From positions 32,001-96,000 of the IMG/VR virus record IMGVR_UViG_3300045738_001212: a stretch of DNA of 64,000 nucleotides; one strand, written 5' to 3'. Origin of the DNA: a virus. How positions within the stretch are numbered: position 1 is the stretch's first letter; every line of letters starts with the position of its first letter. Positions 1 through 9,648 of this stretch are shown here, in pieces. Both the position numbers and the translations under genes were made by a program. The notes under the pieces were generated by a model. That model worked only from the letters and a program-made list of their open reading frames with translations. It was not told the DNA's origin and ran no database searches.

Positions 1-29
1 GTATAATGTAACACTTTAGAGGCCGCTTG

Positions 30-323
30 TCAAGCGGTTTTTTGAGTTTCGACGCCGAACATCTTCTCACCGCGACCCACCCACGAAGGGCCGTCAACGA
101 GCCACGACGCTGTGCCAGTATCCGACAAGCAAGCTACCGTCGGGCTTTCAATTTCCCCTTCCGTTAAGCCACAGGCGGCCTTGAAGCGGTCAACGTCAAA
201 ACGCGGGTTGTCCTTGGCAAACTGGGTTGCGGCTAGTGTAGCCAGCACAGCGGCGGGTGTGCCGTTGTTGGCTGCGTTGATGAGGGCGGCGACGAATTCG
301 AAGTGTTCTTTTGTTGTTTTCAT
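30..323 (-). CDS. hypothetical early phage protein (leaderless)
   Basis: 97-aa ORF; TTGACA-N17-TAGACT promoter ends 7 nt before ATG. Confidence 0.7.
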   Translation of the reverse strand: MKTTKEHFEFVAALINAANNGTPAAVLATLAATQFAKDNPRFDVDRFKAACGLTEGEIESPTVACLSDTGTASWLVDGPSWVGRGEKMFGVETQKTA

Positions 324-330
324 TAGGTAT

Positions 331-359
331 AGTCTAACGCTTTAGAGGCCGCTTGTCAA
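331..359 (-). promoter_or_regulatory. sigma70-type early promoter, one of a near-identical repeated set (also ~5-33, ~585-613, ~831-860, ~1138-1167, ~1438-1467)
   Basis: minus strand TTGACA-agcggcctctaaagcgt-TAGACT; spacer sequence shared between the first four copies. Confidence 0.85.
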
Positions 360-364
360 GCTTT

Positions 365-577
365 TTATCTGCATCGTTCAATGTCCTTTTCTCTTTTTAG
401 CTCCGCCTCTTCTTCGTGGGTGAAAAGTCTGCCGAGGGTGATTGACTCAATCTCAAGGCCGATCTTGCTACCGAAATACATATCCCGCACGTTAGCGAAT
501 GAGGTTCCGGTTGCGGCCCAGCGTGTGCCATTGGTTGTGGTTACGATAAAATCGGTTGTTTCTTTTATGTCTTTCAT
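365..577 (-). CDS. hypothetical early protein (leaderless)
   Basis: 70-aa ORF directly behind repeated promoter. Confidence 0.7.
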   Translation of the reverse strand: MKDIKETTDFIVTTTNGTRWAATGTSFANVRDMYFGSKIGLEIESITLGRLFTHEEEAELKREKDIERCR

Positions 578-625
578 TAGGTATAGTCTAACACTTTAGA
601 GACCGATTGTCAAGGATAAAGTTGT

Positions 626-649
626 CCCCCCGCGCAAGCGGGGGGGGGT
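626..649. terminator. GC-rich hairpin, probable terminator
   Basis: cccccc-gcgcaagc-gggggg inverted repeat; similar hairpin at ~2151-2178. Confidence 0.5.
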
Positions 650-856
650 TAGCCTAGACCCCCCTGTGCGCTTCCACACAGGCCACCTCTTTAGGGAAGC
701 CCTTGCGGAGTAGTTCAAGATTGTTGCTGTCAGCCTTACGAATAAGGCGCAACAGTTTAGCGGTGAACCAACTACCCTCTCCACAGAGGATGTTGCCGAT
801 GTTGTTTTTGTCGTAGTTACTCATTGGGTATACTGTAACACTTTAGAGGCCGCCTG

Positions 857-1132
857 TCAAGCACCAAGTGCGTCCCACGGGTCTACGGGTGCGTTGGGTT
901 CCTCGTTCCGTTTCATCCAAGGGGTGCGAAGTAACTCCTCCCATTCGCTTGAGCCAACAGCGTCATGATACGCAGCGCGTACTAGCGCGTGGTGGCCGCT
1001 CATTCTCCAATCCCAATCGTTCATATCCTTTGACTTGATAGTGCTGGTCTTGCCCTCTGGTGAGACATAGGTGAACACATGGTTGTTGGTCTTGCGGTTA
1101 GAGTAGAGTAGAAACTTTTCTTTACCTTCCAT
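857..1132 (-). CDS. hypothetical early protein (leaderless)
   Basis: 91-aa ORF with TTGACA/TACATT promoter abutting ATG. Confidence 0.7.
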   Translation of the reverse strand: MEGKEKFLLYSNRKTNNHVFTYVSPEGKTSTIKSKDMNDWDWRMSGHHALVRAAYHDAVGSSEWEELLRTPWMKRNEEPNAPVDPWDALGA

Positions 1133-1656
1133 ACGTATAATGTACCACGCAAACGTCTCACTGTCAAGGATAAACCACCCAACCCGCCGCGTAGCGGTGG
1201 GTTGTTTTAGCTTGCACTGAGATAAAAAATCTGCGGGCGTTTTTCTGACTCACTGTCGCATGGCCACGCTTACCACGCATGGGGCCACACGCCGACTATT
1301 TCGCTATTTGGGTGATCGCCTAAAGCGTGAGTCTTGGCTACCGTAAGGGTCATGCCCCAGTAAGAGGCTTCGTAATAGCTGCCCGATGTGAAATTCCGGG
1401 TTCTGATTGTCCAGTTAGATGTTTCGCTCATGGGTATAATGTAACACGAAAAACGCTACCTGTCAAGGAAAAACAGTGAGGCTCAAAAAATGCTGCCGCT
1501 TTTTCAACTCACAATCAATTAGGTCAATTAATCACGTTTATATAGGGTAATTGTTTCGCAAGGCACCCCAGTAAAACAGATATTTAGATGATAAGAATTT
1601 CCTATTTACCCCTGATTTCTCCGATGAGAAATACCCCCTTTTTAAGAAATTATATG

Positions 1657-1685
1657 TTGACAGATAGGCTATTTGGTGGTATAGT
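1657..1685 (+). promoter_or_regulatory. sigma70 promoter
   Basis: TTGACA (1657-1662)-N17-TATAGT (1680-1685) with extended TG. Confidence 0.8.
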
Positions 1686-1691
1686 ATTCTT

Positions 1692-1816
1692 GTTGGTGGC
1701 AATGGTAGCCCTCGCTGAATAAGTGAGTGCCCTCGCAGGAAAGCCCCTAGTGGAAGCGCGACGAAGCTAGACGGTGATACGATACTGGAGGGGTGAGGTT
1801 CAATCCCTCGCACCAA
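1692..1816 (+). ncRNA. tRNA-like structured RNA with enlarged variable region
   Basis: begins at predicted TSS; D-like arm GGC-AATGGTA-GCC, 5-bp/7-nt arm, ~65-nt closed domain, T-arm TGAGG-TTCAATC-CCTCG, 3' CACCA pairing with 5' TGGTG. Confidence 0.55.
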
Positions 1817-1825
1817 TAACAATTT

Positions 1826-2023
1826 ATGATGAACGACAAATGTAAATGTGGAGGTTGTGGTGCGCCCGTAGCGTGGGAGTACGACGCCCCTTATCAGGAG
1901 TACCCCGGCGCGAAGGTGTGGGGCGGGGAATGGTTCGTCGAGTGCGAGAAATGCGGGTGGAGCGATGCCACCAAACAAGACTTGAGCCATTACTCCATAC
2001 GCGAGAACACGCGGGGGTGGTGA
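1826..2023 (+). CDS. small zinc-ribbon protein
   Basis: CxxC...CxxC motifs in 65 aa. Confidence 0.5.
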   Translation: MMNDKCKCGGCGAPVAWEYDAPYQEYPGAKVWGGEWFVECEKCGWSDATKQDLSHYSIRENTRGW

Positions 2024-2199
2024 GTTAAGAAAGCCCCCGCATTTTTTTCAACTCAGTGCAAGCCTTTTCTTTTGTCGATCACGAGTGATCGTCTAAATAG
2101 TTTGTCAATCATATTTCCACTATTTTGATCGTCTAAATTTGCTAAACGAAAAGCCCCCCCGCTTGCGCGGGAGGGCTTTGGTTCTTCACCCCTTGGCTT

Positions 2200-3093
2200 T
2201 TAGTTCAGAGCCAGCTTGACCACTTCAGAGGGAACGGCCTTGACCAGCTTGTCAAGCTTGGCGGATTGCTCCGCAGCACCCCGCAGCTTCCGCAGCACCT
2301 TGGTGCTAACGGTGTTGGCGTACTCGAAACGCTCCCTGCTCACGTCATGGGTGAGGTGTTGGGTGGCTGCGTTGTAGAGTGTCCACAGATTGCGGGCTTC
2401 GTCTTCCTCGCGGGCGGGATTCTCCCACACCTTGAGGATGCCGTCCTTGACCACGTTAGACAGCACCTTCGAGCGGTTCAACTGGTCGAGGATGTTGCGC
2501 CCCTGCTCTTGCGTGATGTCACGCTCGCCCAAGATGCTGAAGCCTTGCGCGGCTTCGTTGAAGCTTCCGGTGGCTCTGTCGAGAGCGTCCCCGATAAAGC
2601 TAATCTCTACCGCTGCGGTATGACGGCGATTCATGCCGAACTCATTCTCCAAGGTGGTCATGCCGTTGAGGCAAACCAGCCGCACCATGCCAAGCGCGAA
2701 GGATACGCGCAGGGAACGGTCAAAGGAGTTTTGCAGGGTGAGGCGCATTCCTAATTCCATGCCCTTCACTCTGTCCTCGCGCCGTGTGGCGATGGCCGTC
2801 TCATTCGCGAAGTCGTACTGCGCGAACATCTTCTCGCCGCGACCAGTCACGACAATGTGGCGGCTTGTGGGAACCATCCCGCGAGACTCAAAAGCCTCTT
2901 CGGCATTGGCAATCAAATCACCGTTTTGCACAAAGCCGTACTGCTCCGTGCCCCAACCTAATTCCTCGCCCGTATCGGTACGGACGTGCGCGTATACGCG
3001 GGAGCGGTTGCTGTTGGGAAGGGTAAGGGGGACACGCTCCACGGTGTAATCGAAAGCGGTGGGGTCGGAGGTTTGAATAGTGTTTCTGGCCAT
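2200..3093 (-). CDS. DUF932-family phage/plasmid protein
   Basis: NSFDRS...RLVCLNGM...RRHT motif typical of DUF932. Confidence 0.75.
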   Translation of the reverse strand: MARNTIQTSDPTAFDYTVERVPLTLPNSNRSRVYAHVRTDTGEELGWGTEQYGFVQNGDLIANAEEAFESRGMVPTSRHIVVTGRGEKMFAQYDFANETAIATRREDRVKGMELGMRLTLQNSFDRSLRVSFALGMVRLVCLNGMTTLENEFGMNRRHTAAVEISFIGDALDRATGSFNEAAQGFSILGERDITQEQGRNILDQLNRSKVLSNVVKDGILKVWENPAREEDEARNLWTLYNAATQHLTHDVSRERFEYANTVSTKVLRKLRGAAEQSAKLDKLVKAVPSEVVKLALN

Positions 3094-3315
3094 GATTTGT
3101 AGGTCTTTCTTGGTTAAGGGTTATCTCTCACTCACTACAAAGAGTGTATCACCAATCCACTATCCTGTCAAACCTTTTTTTCTGTCATTGGATACAAACC
3201 CGCCGCGCAGCGGTGGGTTTGGGCTTGCACTGAGTTAAAAAATGTGCGGGCGTTTTTACGACTCATTCCCTCCGTTAACCCATCCCTCCGGGCTGGGTTT
3301 ATATTTACACGCTAT

Positions 3316-3600
3316 TTAACTCTCATTCTTTTGCTTATTGCTAAACGGCGAAATCGACTCGGCTCCGCGCAAGTGATGCCGGATACCTAGTTCCACCTTA
3401 TGTTCAGCAGTATAGTCCCAATCGTCTTGGTCAAGGCTATACTCTGATTGGTATGCTGCCTCCATGTTGAAATTGAAATCACATAGAGTCGTGTCGTCAG
3501 TAAGGTTATGCTTCTGCACATACTCACTCAATGCCTCTGCGATAATCTTTATACGCAAGGGGTCGCCTTCAAGTATCATCTCATGCTCTTGTATCTTCAT
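3316..3600 (-). CDS. hypothetical protein
   Basis: 94 aa, GGAGGA RBS, ATGA-type overlap with upstream gene. Confidence 0.65.
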   Translation of the reverse strand: MKIQEHEMILEGDPLRIKIIAEALSEYVQKHNLTDDTTLCDFNFNMEAAYQSEYSLDQDDWDYTAEHKVELGIRHHLRGAESISPFSNKQKNES

Positions 3601-3797
3601 TTATCCTCCAATCTCTCGTGTTCTAAAACATCATACTTATTAGCGTCGTCGAGGGTATAACCGTATTCCAGTTGACAGTCGTCTCCATAGTCTCCCTCCC
3701 CACTCATTGCCGTCTTGATAGCGTCGGCCTCATCCTCTGCCTCTACCACGATGTAGCAGTAGTGAACCTCTGGAACCTTAACTGTGAATGTTTTCAT
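3597..3797 (-). CDS. small acidic phage protein (VEAEDEADAI family)
   Basis: RBS GGAGGA; paralogous to ORFs at 5110, 8203, 11994. Confidence 0.65.
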   Translation of the reverse strand: MKTFTVKVPEVHYCYIVVEAEDEADAIKTAMSGEGDYGDDCQLEYGYTLDDANKYDVLEHERLEDK

Positions 3798-3994
3798 TTA
3801 TCCTCCAATCTCTTAAACTTGTCTACTATGATATCACAAACATCTTCCGTAATGGATTGCTTCTCTTCGTCTGTGAACGTGAATGGTGGGGTGTAGCCCT
3901 CCATGTATGTAATCACATCTTCCTGTAGCTGCTCCTTCACCTCTTTAATGACAAGGGATTGCGTGTGCTGAAATGGTTTGCGTAATGTTCTCAT
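3794..3994 (-). CDS. hypothetical protein
   Basis: 66 aa, in coupled operon with RBS. Confidence 0.6.
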   Translation of the reverse strand: MRTLRKPFQHTQSLVIKEVKEQLQEDVITYMEGYTPPFTFTDEEKQSITEDVCDIIVDKFKRLEDK

Positions 3995-3996
3995 GC

Positions 3997-4191
3997 TTAA
4001 TCCTCCACTCCGTAAATTTCTTCGTAGTGTTCAATAATCTCATGGTCGTCTATGTTATCCATGCCAACGCAACCTTCCCAAAGGACTTGTTTCAAATCCT
4101 CGTCTGAAAAGCCCTCCCATTCAGATTCAAAAAGACGCTCGCGCATCGCTTGAATTTCTTTATCTGTATATTCTTTTACTGTGTCAGTCAT
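3997..4191 (-). CDS. small acidic hypothetical protein
   Basis: 64 aa, GGAGGATTAAATTATG start context. Confidence 0.65.
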   Translation of the reverse strand: MTDTVKEYTDKEIQAMRERLFESEWEGFSDEDLKQVLWEGCVGMDNIDDHEIIEHYEEIYGVED

Positions 4192-4616
4192 AATTTAATC
4201 CTCCAGTAGATGGTCTTTGGCTGCTTCAATTACCTCTTGGTAATACTCGTTGTCCATTGGCTTAAAGCCTTCGAGACAATCTGAAATGGCGCATAGGCCA
4301 TCGACTATTCTGCTTCTGTCCACCATTCTCCCATTGTGGCTAATTGGGCCTTCATCTTGTTTCATGCTGTGATGTACTCTCCTTCCTCATTGAATACGAG
4401 TTCGAGATGTTTCAACTCCCAAGCGTTAGGTGCGTCCTTGAACCATTGGGTGTCCATGAACTTAATCCATGCGCGAGCGTTAGCGTGGGTGTAGGAAATG
4501 CCATCTGCAAACATCACATAGCTCTCATCCCATGTGTTGTAGAAGGTGGCCGTGTAGGCTTTCATTGTAGGTTTCATTACAAGTAATATACCACACCGGA
4601 GCGTGGTTGTCAAGGA

Positions 4617-5051
4617 CTATTCGCTTAACGAGATTTGGTGGTCGCTCTCGGGAATGTTTACCTTTGAGATGTTTTCCTCCCACCTTTGATTCTCAAACAT
4701 GTTGGCGACGGCTTTTGCTACATCTTCTTTTGAAACGTCAGAGAAATCCCTTTTAGGTGTGCTGCCTAATACCTCACCCCAAGGGACATTGATTCTCCAC
4801 CCGACTGCTAAACACTCATGCCATACACCCTTCACGCAAACGTAATCACCCACCATCATTGAGCGAACTTCGAGCTTCTTAAAGAGGGTACACTCCCGAC
4901 CACTCCCGTTGTTCCAATCCTCCCACACCGCGTCAAGGATGTCTGGGTCTGTGTACTCACGCCCCTTGCTGTCCTCTACTGGGTAGTCCAACCAGAACTT
5001 CTTACATTGCTTCTCGGTCATGTCCCGATATTGAATTTTAACTCTTATCAT
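4617..5051 (-). CDS. hypothetical phage protein
   Basis: 144 aa, RSMMVGDYV motif. Confidence 0.6.
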   Translation of the reverse strand: MIRVKIQYRDMTEKQCKKFWLDYPVEDSKGREYTDPDILDAVWEDWNNGSGRECTLFKKLEVRSMMVGDYVCVKGVWHECLAVGWRINVPWGEVLGSTPKRDFSDVSKEDVAKAVANMFENQRWEENISKVNIPESDHQISLSE

Positions 5052-5705
5052 AATCGTTTGCTCCGTGGGTGTAGGTTTCGCTCATAGATATAATGTAACA
5101 CACAAGGTACTACTTGTCAAGAGGTTTCTTCTTAATCATATCCAGTAACTTCTTATCGCACACGCGGGGGTGCTTTCCCCACTTCTCAACTACGTCTGCC
5201 ACCTGCTCACCCTTCTCATAGTCGGGTAGCTTAACAACGTACATGGAGTCACGGTCTCTTAACGTCTCATTGTATACCACGATCATCGGGTCGTCTGAAA
5301 GACGAGCCGATTGAATAGCCTCCTCCTCGGAGTTGGCATCTACGATATAGGTAGCCGAGTGCATTTCAGTTGTTATGACTTTATACTTCATGCCCAGTCC
5401 CCCTGTGAGTCTCCATCTATACCGTGCCTTTGGCATAGCTCATCCCATTCTGTCTCCTCGTAGCGTGACTGCCTTGATTGAGTGTCAAGTGCTACTTCTT
5501 TTAAGTGATTGGTAAGTTCTCCTACATCCTCGAATTGGATGCGAACGATCTTCTCCATTGCCTTGTCTAGTGCTGCTCCATGTAGGTTTCTTGTAGGTTT
5601 CATTACAAAGACTATACCCTACTTCTACCCCCGTGTCAATATCAAAGTTTTTTAAAGTTTTTAATTGCACTGAGTTAAGAAATGTGCCCCCGCTTTTTTA
5701 ACTCA

Positions 5706-6242
5706 CTACCTTGTGATGGGTTTGCTGCACTGTTGACATCGATATTTGCGCCCACGCCTAATCCTATTATGTATTGTCGTGGATATCATATGAGGTCTAT
5801 CAATACAGCCACAGGTGTATTTCCACCGTCTCTGTTTCTTAGTGGATGAGTTCGTGGTATCATAGTTGTGACACCTATCAGGACGTAAGCCAAGCTTACG
5901 CATTACGTTCTTCCATTCGCGCCCGTGCGCCGTGCCACCGAATAGGCAATCTTTAATTAGGTGCGCGTACTCATGGCCAAGCGTTTGCTTTATAAAATGC
6001 TCGGTGTTTTCTTTTAAGAGAATGTAGTTTATTCGTATTTCGTTTTTATTAGAGTTTGCCGTTCCGGCCACCCTGCCTTTCAAGTTAAAGCGCAGCCTTG
6101 TCTCTGGCATACTATGCTTAAACTTTTTCTCTGTGTACTCGTGCAACTCCCTTATTCTATCCTCACACAAACGCACAAGGTCAGCCGTCCTTGGCGCGGC
6201 CAGCCCTGATTCCGTCTCTGTGAAATGTTCTATGATGATCAT
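5706..6242 (-). CDS. SprT-like zinc metalloprotease
   Basis: HEYAH, HGREWKNVMRKLG, C-terminal YxCxC and CxxC. Confidence 0.85.
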   Translation of the reverse strand: MIIIEHFTETESGLAAPRTADLVRLCEDRIRELHEYTEKKFKHSMPETRLRFNLKGRVAGTANSNKNEIRINYILLKENTEHFIKQTLGHEYAHLIKDCLFGGTAHGREWKNVMRKLGLRPDRCHNYDTTNSSTKKQRRWKYTCGCIDRPHMISTTIHNRIRRGRKYRCQQCSKPITR

Positions 6243-6300
6243 TGTTTTCTAGATATCCAAATGTAGCCGAGCCAAAGTATAACCGCTATGAGTACCCACA

Positions 6301-7098
6301 TTATACAGCCTCCATTTGTTTGCGCTTGCTGTAGCCGTTCCACCCACGCCGTTTCAGTTCCTGTAGTGCTTGGCTTGCTGCGCTACCCTTTGGCTGTGTG
6401 CCGTGAATGAGTAAGGCAAAGCTCTTTGTGCCGAATGCTGCGTGGTAATCATCGTGGTCAATTTCAAAGTCCATTGCATCAGCTTGTTCCTCGCTGTAAA
6501 CTACCTCCGCGTACTTTAGGCCATGCTCGACAATCAGCGCGTCATGCTTGCCACCGTAGGAGGCGGTAAGCGCAAAGTTTGAAGGGATTGAATCAATACG
6601 CGCCACCCAATACTTTAGGCTTTTCGTGTATGCGTAAAAATGTTTGTCAGGCATACGCCGCGCAACTTCAAGCCATGCGTCAAAATACGCTTGATTGAAA
6701 AAGTCACCGCCAACATGGACACGCATGATATCAAATTTTTTGGGAAGCATCGATTCCAGCAAATCAGCAATGGCTTTCACTTGGTCTTTGTCATAACGCC
6801 ATGCGTCCATCATCACTTCTTTAATTGCCTCAAAATTACGCCACACCATTGCGCGAGTGTTTTTGTACTGTGATTCAGAGCTTGCGGCGAAGCAACGAAA
6901 TTCCGTGTCAGGCCCATCCGTGATTTTACCCGTTTCCCTGTTGGCCTTGGATAAGCATTCTTTGGCGGCGGGACAAGTCCACCCACTAGGCAAAGTGAAG
7001 GATTTAATAGTTTTGCCGAGCCGGTTTGCCATCGCGATAAGCTTGGCGTTGGCTTGTGAGAATGTGAGAGTCAAAGGTTTAGTCGTAGTAGGTTTCAT
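6301..7098 (-). CDS. GP88-family phage protein (Cys-cluster, radical-SAM-like)
   Basis: LPSGWTCPAAKEC, RVHVGGDF, YAYTKS motifs. Confidence 0.7.
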   Translation of the reverse strand: MKPTTTKPLTLTFSQANAKLIAMANRLGKTIKSFTLPSGWTCPAAKECLSKANRETGKITDGPDTEFRCFAASSESQYKNTRAMVWRNFEAIKEVMMDAWRYDKDQVKAIADLLESMLPKKFDIMRVHVGGDFFNQAYFDAWLEVARRMPDKHFYAYTKSLKYWVARIDSIPSNFALTASYGGKHDALIVEHGLKYAEVVYSEEQADAMDFEIDHDDYHAAFGTKSFALLIHGTQPKGSAASQALQELKRRGWNGYSKRKQMEAV

Positions 7099-7135
7099 GG
7101 TTATAATATAGCAGGTTTCGCTGTGTCTGTCAAGG

Positions 7136-7597
7136 TTAAACGCCTATAAAATGCGCTGCGGTTTTCTTCGTCCAAAAGCCGTCGGCATCTATATTCCCAC
7201 CGTTACTCGCTCGCCCACCATTGCCCACGGGAATGGGAGCAACACTATACTCGCCCATGTTTGAATGTTTAATGAAGGGTTCGGAAACTAAACTGTTGAA
7301 CCTTAAACGCGCAAGTAGTCGAGCGTATCGCCTAATCTTTTCCTTGAGCTTGTTTCCGAATTTGCCTAGTAGGTAGGCGAGGGATGAGTTGTAAAGATAC
7401 TTCTTATAGCTTTCCTCTGTCGTCCAGATGTAAGCGAACCTCTCAGACATATGAATCAACTCGCCGTTGTAGGCTCCGTGGTTGTACCAACTGAAATCTT
7501 GTGATTCGATTTCCTTGGGGTCATTAGATTGGATACCAACGGCCCAGCTTGAGCCTTGGGGACAATAGAACAGTGAGGGTTTCTTTCTAGGTTTCAT
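7136..7597 (-). CDS. hypothetical protein (leaderless)
   Basis: 153 aa, promoter abutting ATG. Confidence 0.65.
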   Translation of the reverse strand: MKPRKKPSLFYCPQGSSWAVGIQSNDPKEIESQDFSWYNHGAYNGELIHMSERFAYIWTTEESYKKYLYNSSLAYLLGKFGNKLKEKIRRYARLLARLRFNSLVSEPFIKHSNMGEYSVAPIPVGNGGRASNGGNIDADGFWTKKTAAHFIGV

Positions 7598-7647
7598 ATG
7601 TATAATGTAGCATAAAAAAGTCCCCCTGTCAAGGGGGACTTTCAGTG

Positions 7648-7968
7648 TTAGGCCGAGGCTAAACCTTTGCCGTAGTCGATTAAGTCGAGGTCGTGCGTTG
7701 CCGCAGCAGTCGCGTCAGTGATGTCCGAGAATTCGAATATCTCAATCGCTGGCAAGTTGTTGCCGTACTTTCCCTCTGGGAGGTCTGAATACTTTGGCAC
7801 TACGGCCTCGCGGAGAAGGGCGATCTTCTTTAGGTCATCTCTGATGAGTTGGGCCTCCATTCCGTCATTGCCGAGATTATGCTCGTCGATTCTTGTCTGT
7901 GCTTCTGCGACATCTTTTTCAAGTCGCACGATATGTTTGCCGAAGGCAATCTCTAGTTTGTTATTCAT
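7648..7968 (-). CDS. hypothetical protein (leaderless)
   Basis: 106 aa, promoter abutting ATG. Confidence 0.65.
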   Translation of the reverse strand: MNNKLEIAFGKHIVRLEKDVAEAQTRIDEHNLGNDGMEAQLIRDDLKKIALLREAVVPKYSDLPEGKYGNNLPAIEIFEFSDITDATAAATHDLDLIDYGKGLASA

Positions 7969-8202
7969 CTAGAACAATGTACCATCGATTACCCTGTTTG
8001 TCAATTAAAATCGATTAAAACTTTTTAAAATTTTCCGCTTGTAGTGAGTGAAAAAATGTGCCGCCGTTTTCTAAACTCATTGCAAGAAAAAAAGCCCCCC
8101 CGAAGGGGAGCCTCTCATGAACGGTTATTTAACCTTTATTTATTTGCTTATTATTTACGGCTTATTTATTTGCCAATTATTTAATTAATATTTATTTGCT
8201 AA

Positions 8203-8403
8203 TTATTTAATCATTTCATCGCTTACATCGTCCTCTACTATTGCCCAGTCTACTTCCCATGAGCCTTCTACATATGTTCCATTGTCTGGTAAGCCTATGC
8301 CCATGTCCGACTCTGCTATCTCAGCAGCGTGTTGGCGCGTGTCCGACTTAACAGTTACCCAACCATACATCTGCCAAGCTACTGGTACTTTGTATTCTTT
8401 CAT
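8203..8403 (-). CDS. small phage protein
   Basis: 66 aa, paralogue of 11994-12263. Confidence 0.6.
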   Translation of the reverse strand: MKEYKVPVAWQMYGWVTVKSDTRQHAAEIAESDMGIGLPDNGTYVEGSWEVDWAIVEDDVSDEMIK

Positions 8404-9372
8404 TTAACGCTCCTCCTTTCCGAACATTGCTTCTAGGTATTGCTTGCCTTGCGGCGTGATGTTGCGACCCGCAGTCGTGATTTCCATGAGGTCATTCTTT
8501 TGCAAGTACAACTCATAGTCACGGCGCAGCGATTCAGGCGTCATGCCTGTCTTGGAGCCGAGGCGGGTAAGGGACACGTCCCGACTCACCTGAAGTATCC
8601 GAAGCACTTCAACTTCTTTCGGACGCAACCCAAGAGGACGGATGCCAAGGGTATGGGTGAGGCTATTCCAATCAGCGAAACCGAATGCCTTTCCATTACC
8701 GTTGGCGTCCAAATACATTTGAATCTTTATTGCCATTTTTTGTGCGGCGCGAGCATTGCCACGAAGCACGGATGCGACTTCAGCTACCAAGCCATCCTCG
8801 AACTTAAGGTCAGGAAGATTGATTTGCACGATAGTACCCAATTCAGTATAGGTGTACTCTTCTAGGTCAACCCTATCCAGCCTGTCCATGAGCGCATGAA
8901 ACACTTTGTGTGGTTCACTGGTGGCGAACAGGAAGGTCTGACGACGGAAATCGAAGTCTACCGTGTAGTCATCATAGCTAAAAGAGTTACGATTGCGTGG
9001 GTTGGGATTAAGGATAGTCAGCAATGCCATCTCCACGTCTTGAGGAATCTCGCTTGCTTCATCAAACAAGATAGTGACATCACGGTCATTGAGGTGAGGA
9101 ATAATTAACTCATCAAAGAATTTTTTAACATTTTTAAGAGTAGAACAATTTACTTCTATGTATCTTTTAGGCCCATCATCTCCATCCTTCACCAACTCTT
9201 TTGCGAGAGCAGTTGCCAACATGGTCTTGCCACACCCCTTTGGCGCGGTGAACATTAAGTTGGGGATGAGTCCTGCTTTCTCGTAGGAATCAATGTAGAA
9301 GTTGAGTTTGCGTTTTGCGGTGTCTTGTCCGATGACACCATTGAATCTTGGAAGCTTGTAGGTTTCGCTCAT
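8404..9372 (-). CDS. ruvB: RuvB-like AAA+ ATPase (Holliday junction helicase family)
   Basis: Walker A GCGKT, Walker B ILFDEA, RGNAR sensor, C-terminal winged-helix ending TTAGRNITPQG. Confidence 0.75.
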   Translation of the reverse strand: MSETYKLPRFNGVIGQDTAKRKLNFYIDSYEKAGLIPNLMFTAPKGCGKTMLATALAKELVKDGDDGPKRYIEVNCSTLKNVKKFFDELIIPHLNDRDVTILFDEASEIPQDVEMALLTILNPNPRNRNSFSYDDYTVDFDFRRQTFLFATSEPHKVFHALMDRLDRVDLEEYTYTELGTIVQINLPDLKFEDGLVAEVASVLRGNARAAQKMAIKIQMYLDANGNGKAFGFADWNSLTHTLGIRPLGLRPKEVEVLRILQVSRDVSLTRLGSKTGMTPESLRRDYELYLQKNDLMEITTAGRNITPQGKQYLEAMFGKEER

Positions 9373-9648
9373 GTATAAAGCATACCATTAATCTAGTATG
9401 CTGTCAAGGACTAATTTCCTTTCTCGGCTCGACGAATAACCTCTTCCATAACGTCTCTCATTACGCGCTGGTCGGCTTTACTGTGATAAACGTGATGACC
9501 ACTAACGACATCAAAATTATTAATAATAATATTCTTCTTCCACGGATTGCATTCATCTACCACTTCATTCCATGCGGTTTCATATCTTGCCGCCATGCCT
9601 GTTGGTGGTGGGGGTGGGAGTTTCATCTTATCTTTTATTACACTCATT

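Noticed and set aside
1692-1816. Canonical tRNA
   Set aside because: Acceptor too short, no U33, oversized variable region; reported as tRNA-like only
2266-3049. Long plus-strand ORFs antisense to real genes (also throughout the window)
   Set aside because: Shadow ORFs opposite recognisable minus-strand genes, with no motifs or expression signals
8125-8210. AT-rich TTATTT repeats
   Set aside because: Low complexity; insufficient evidence for origin or regulatory function
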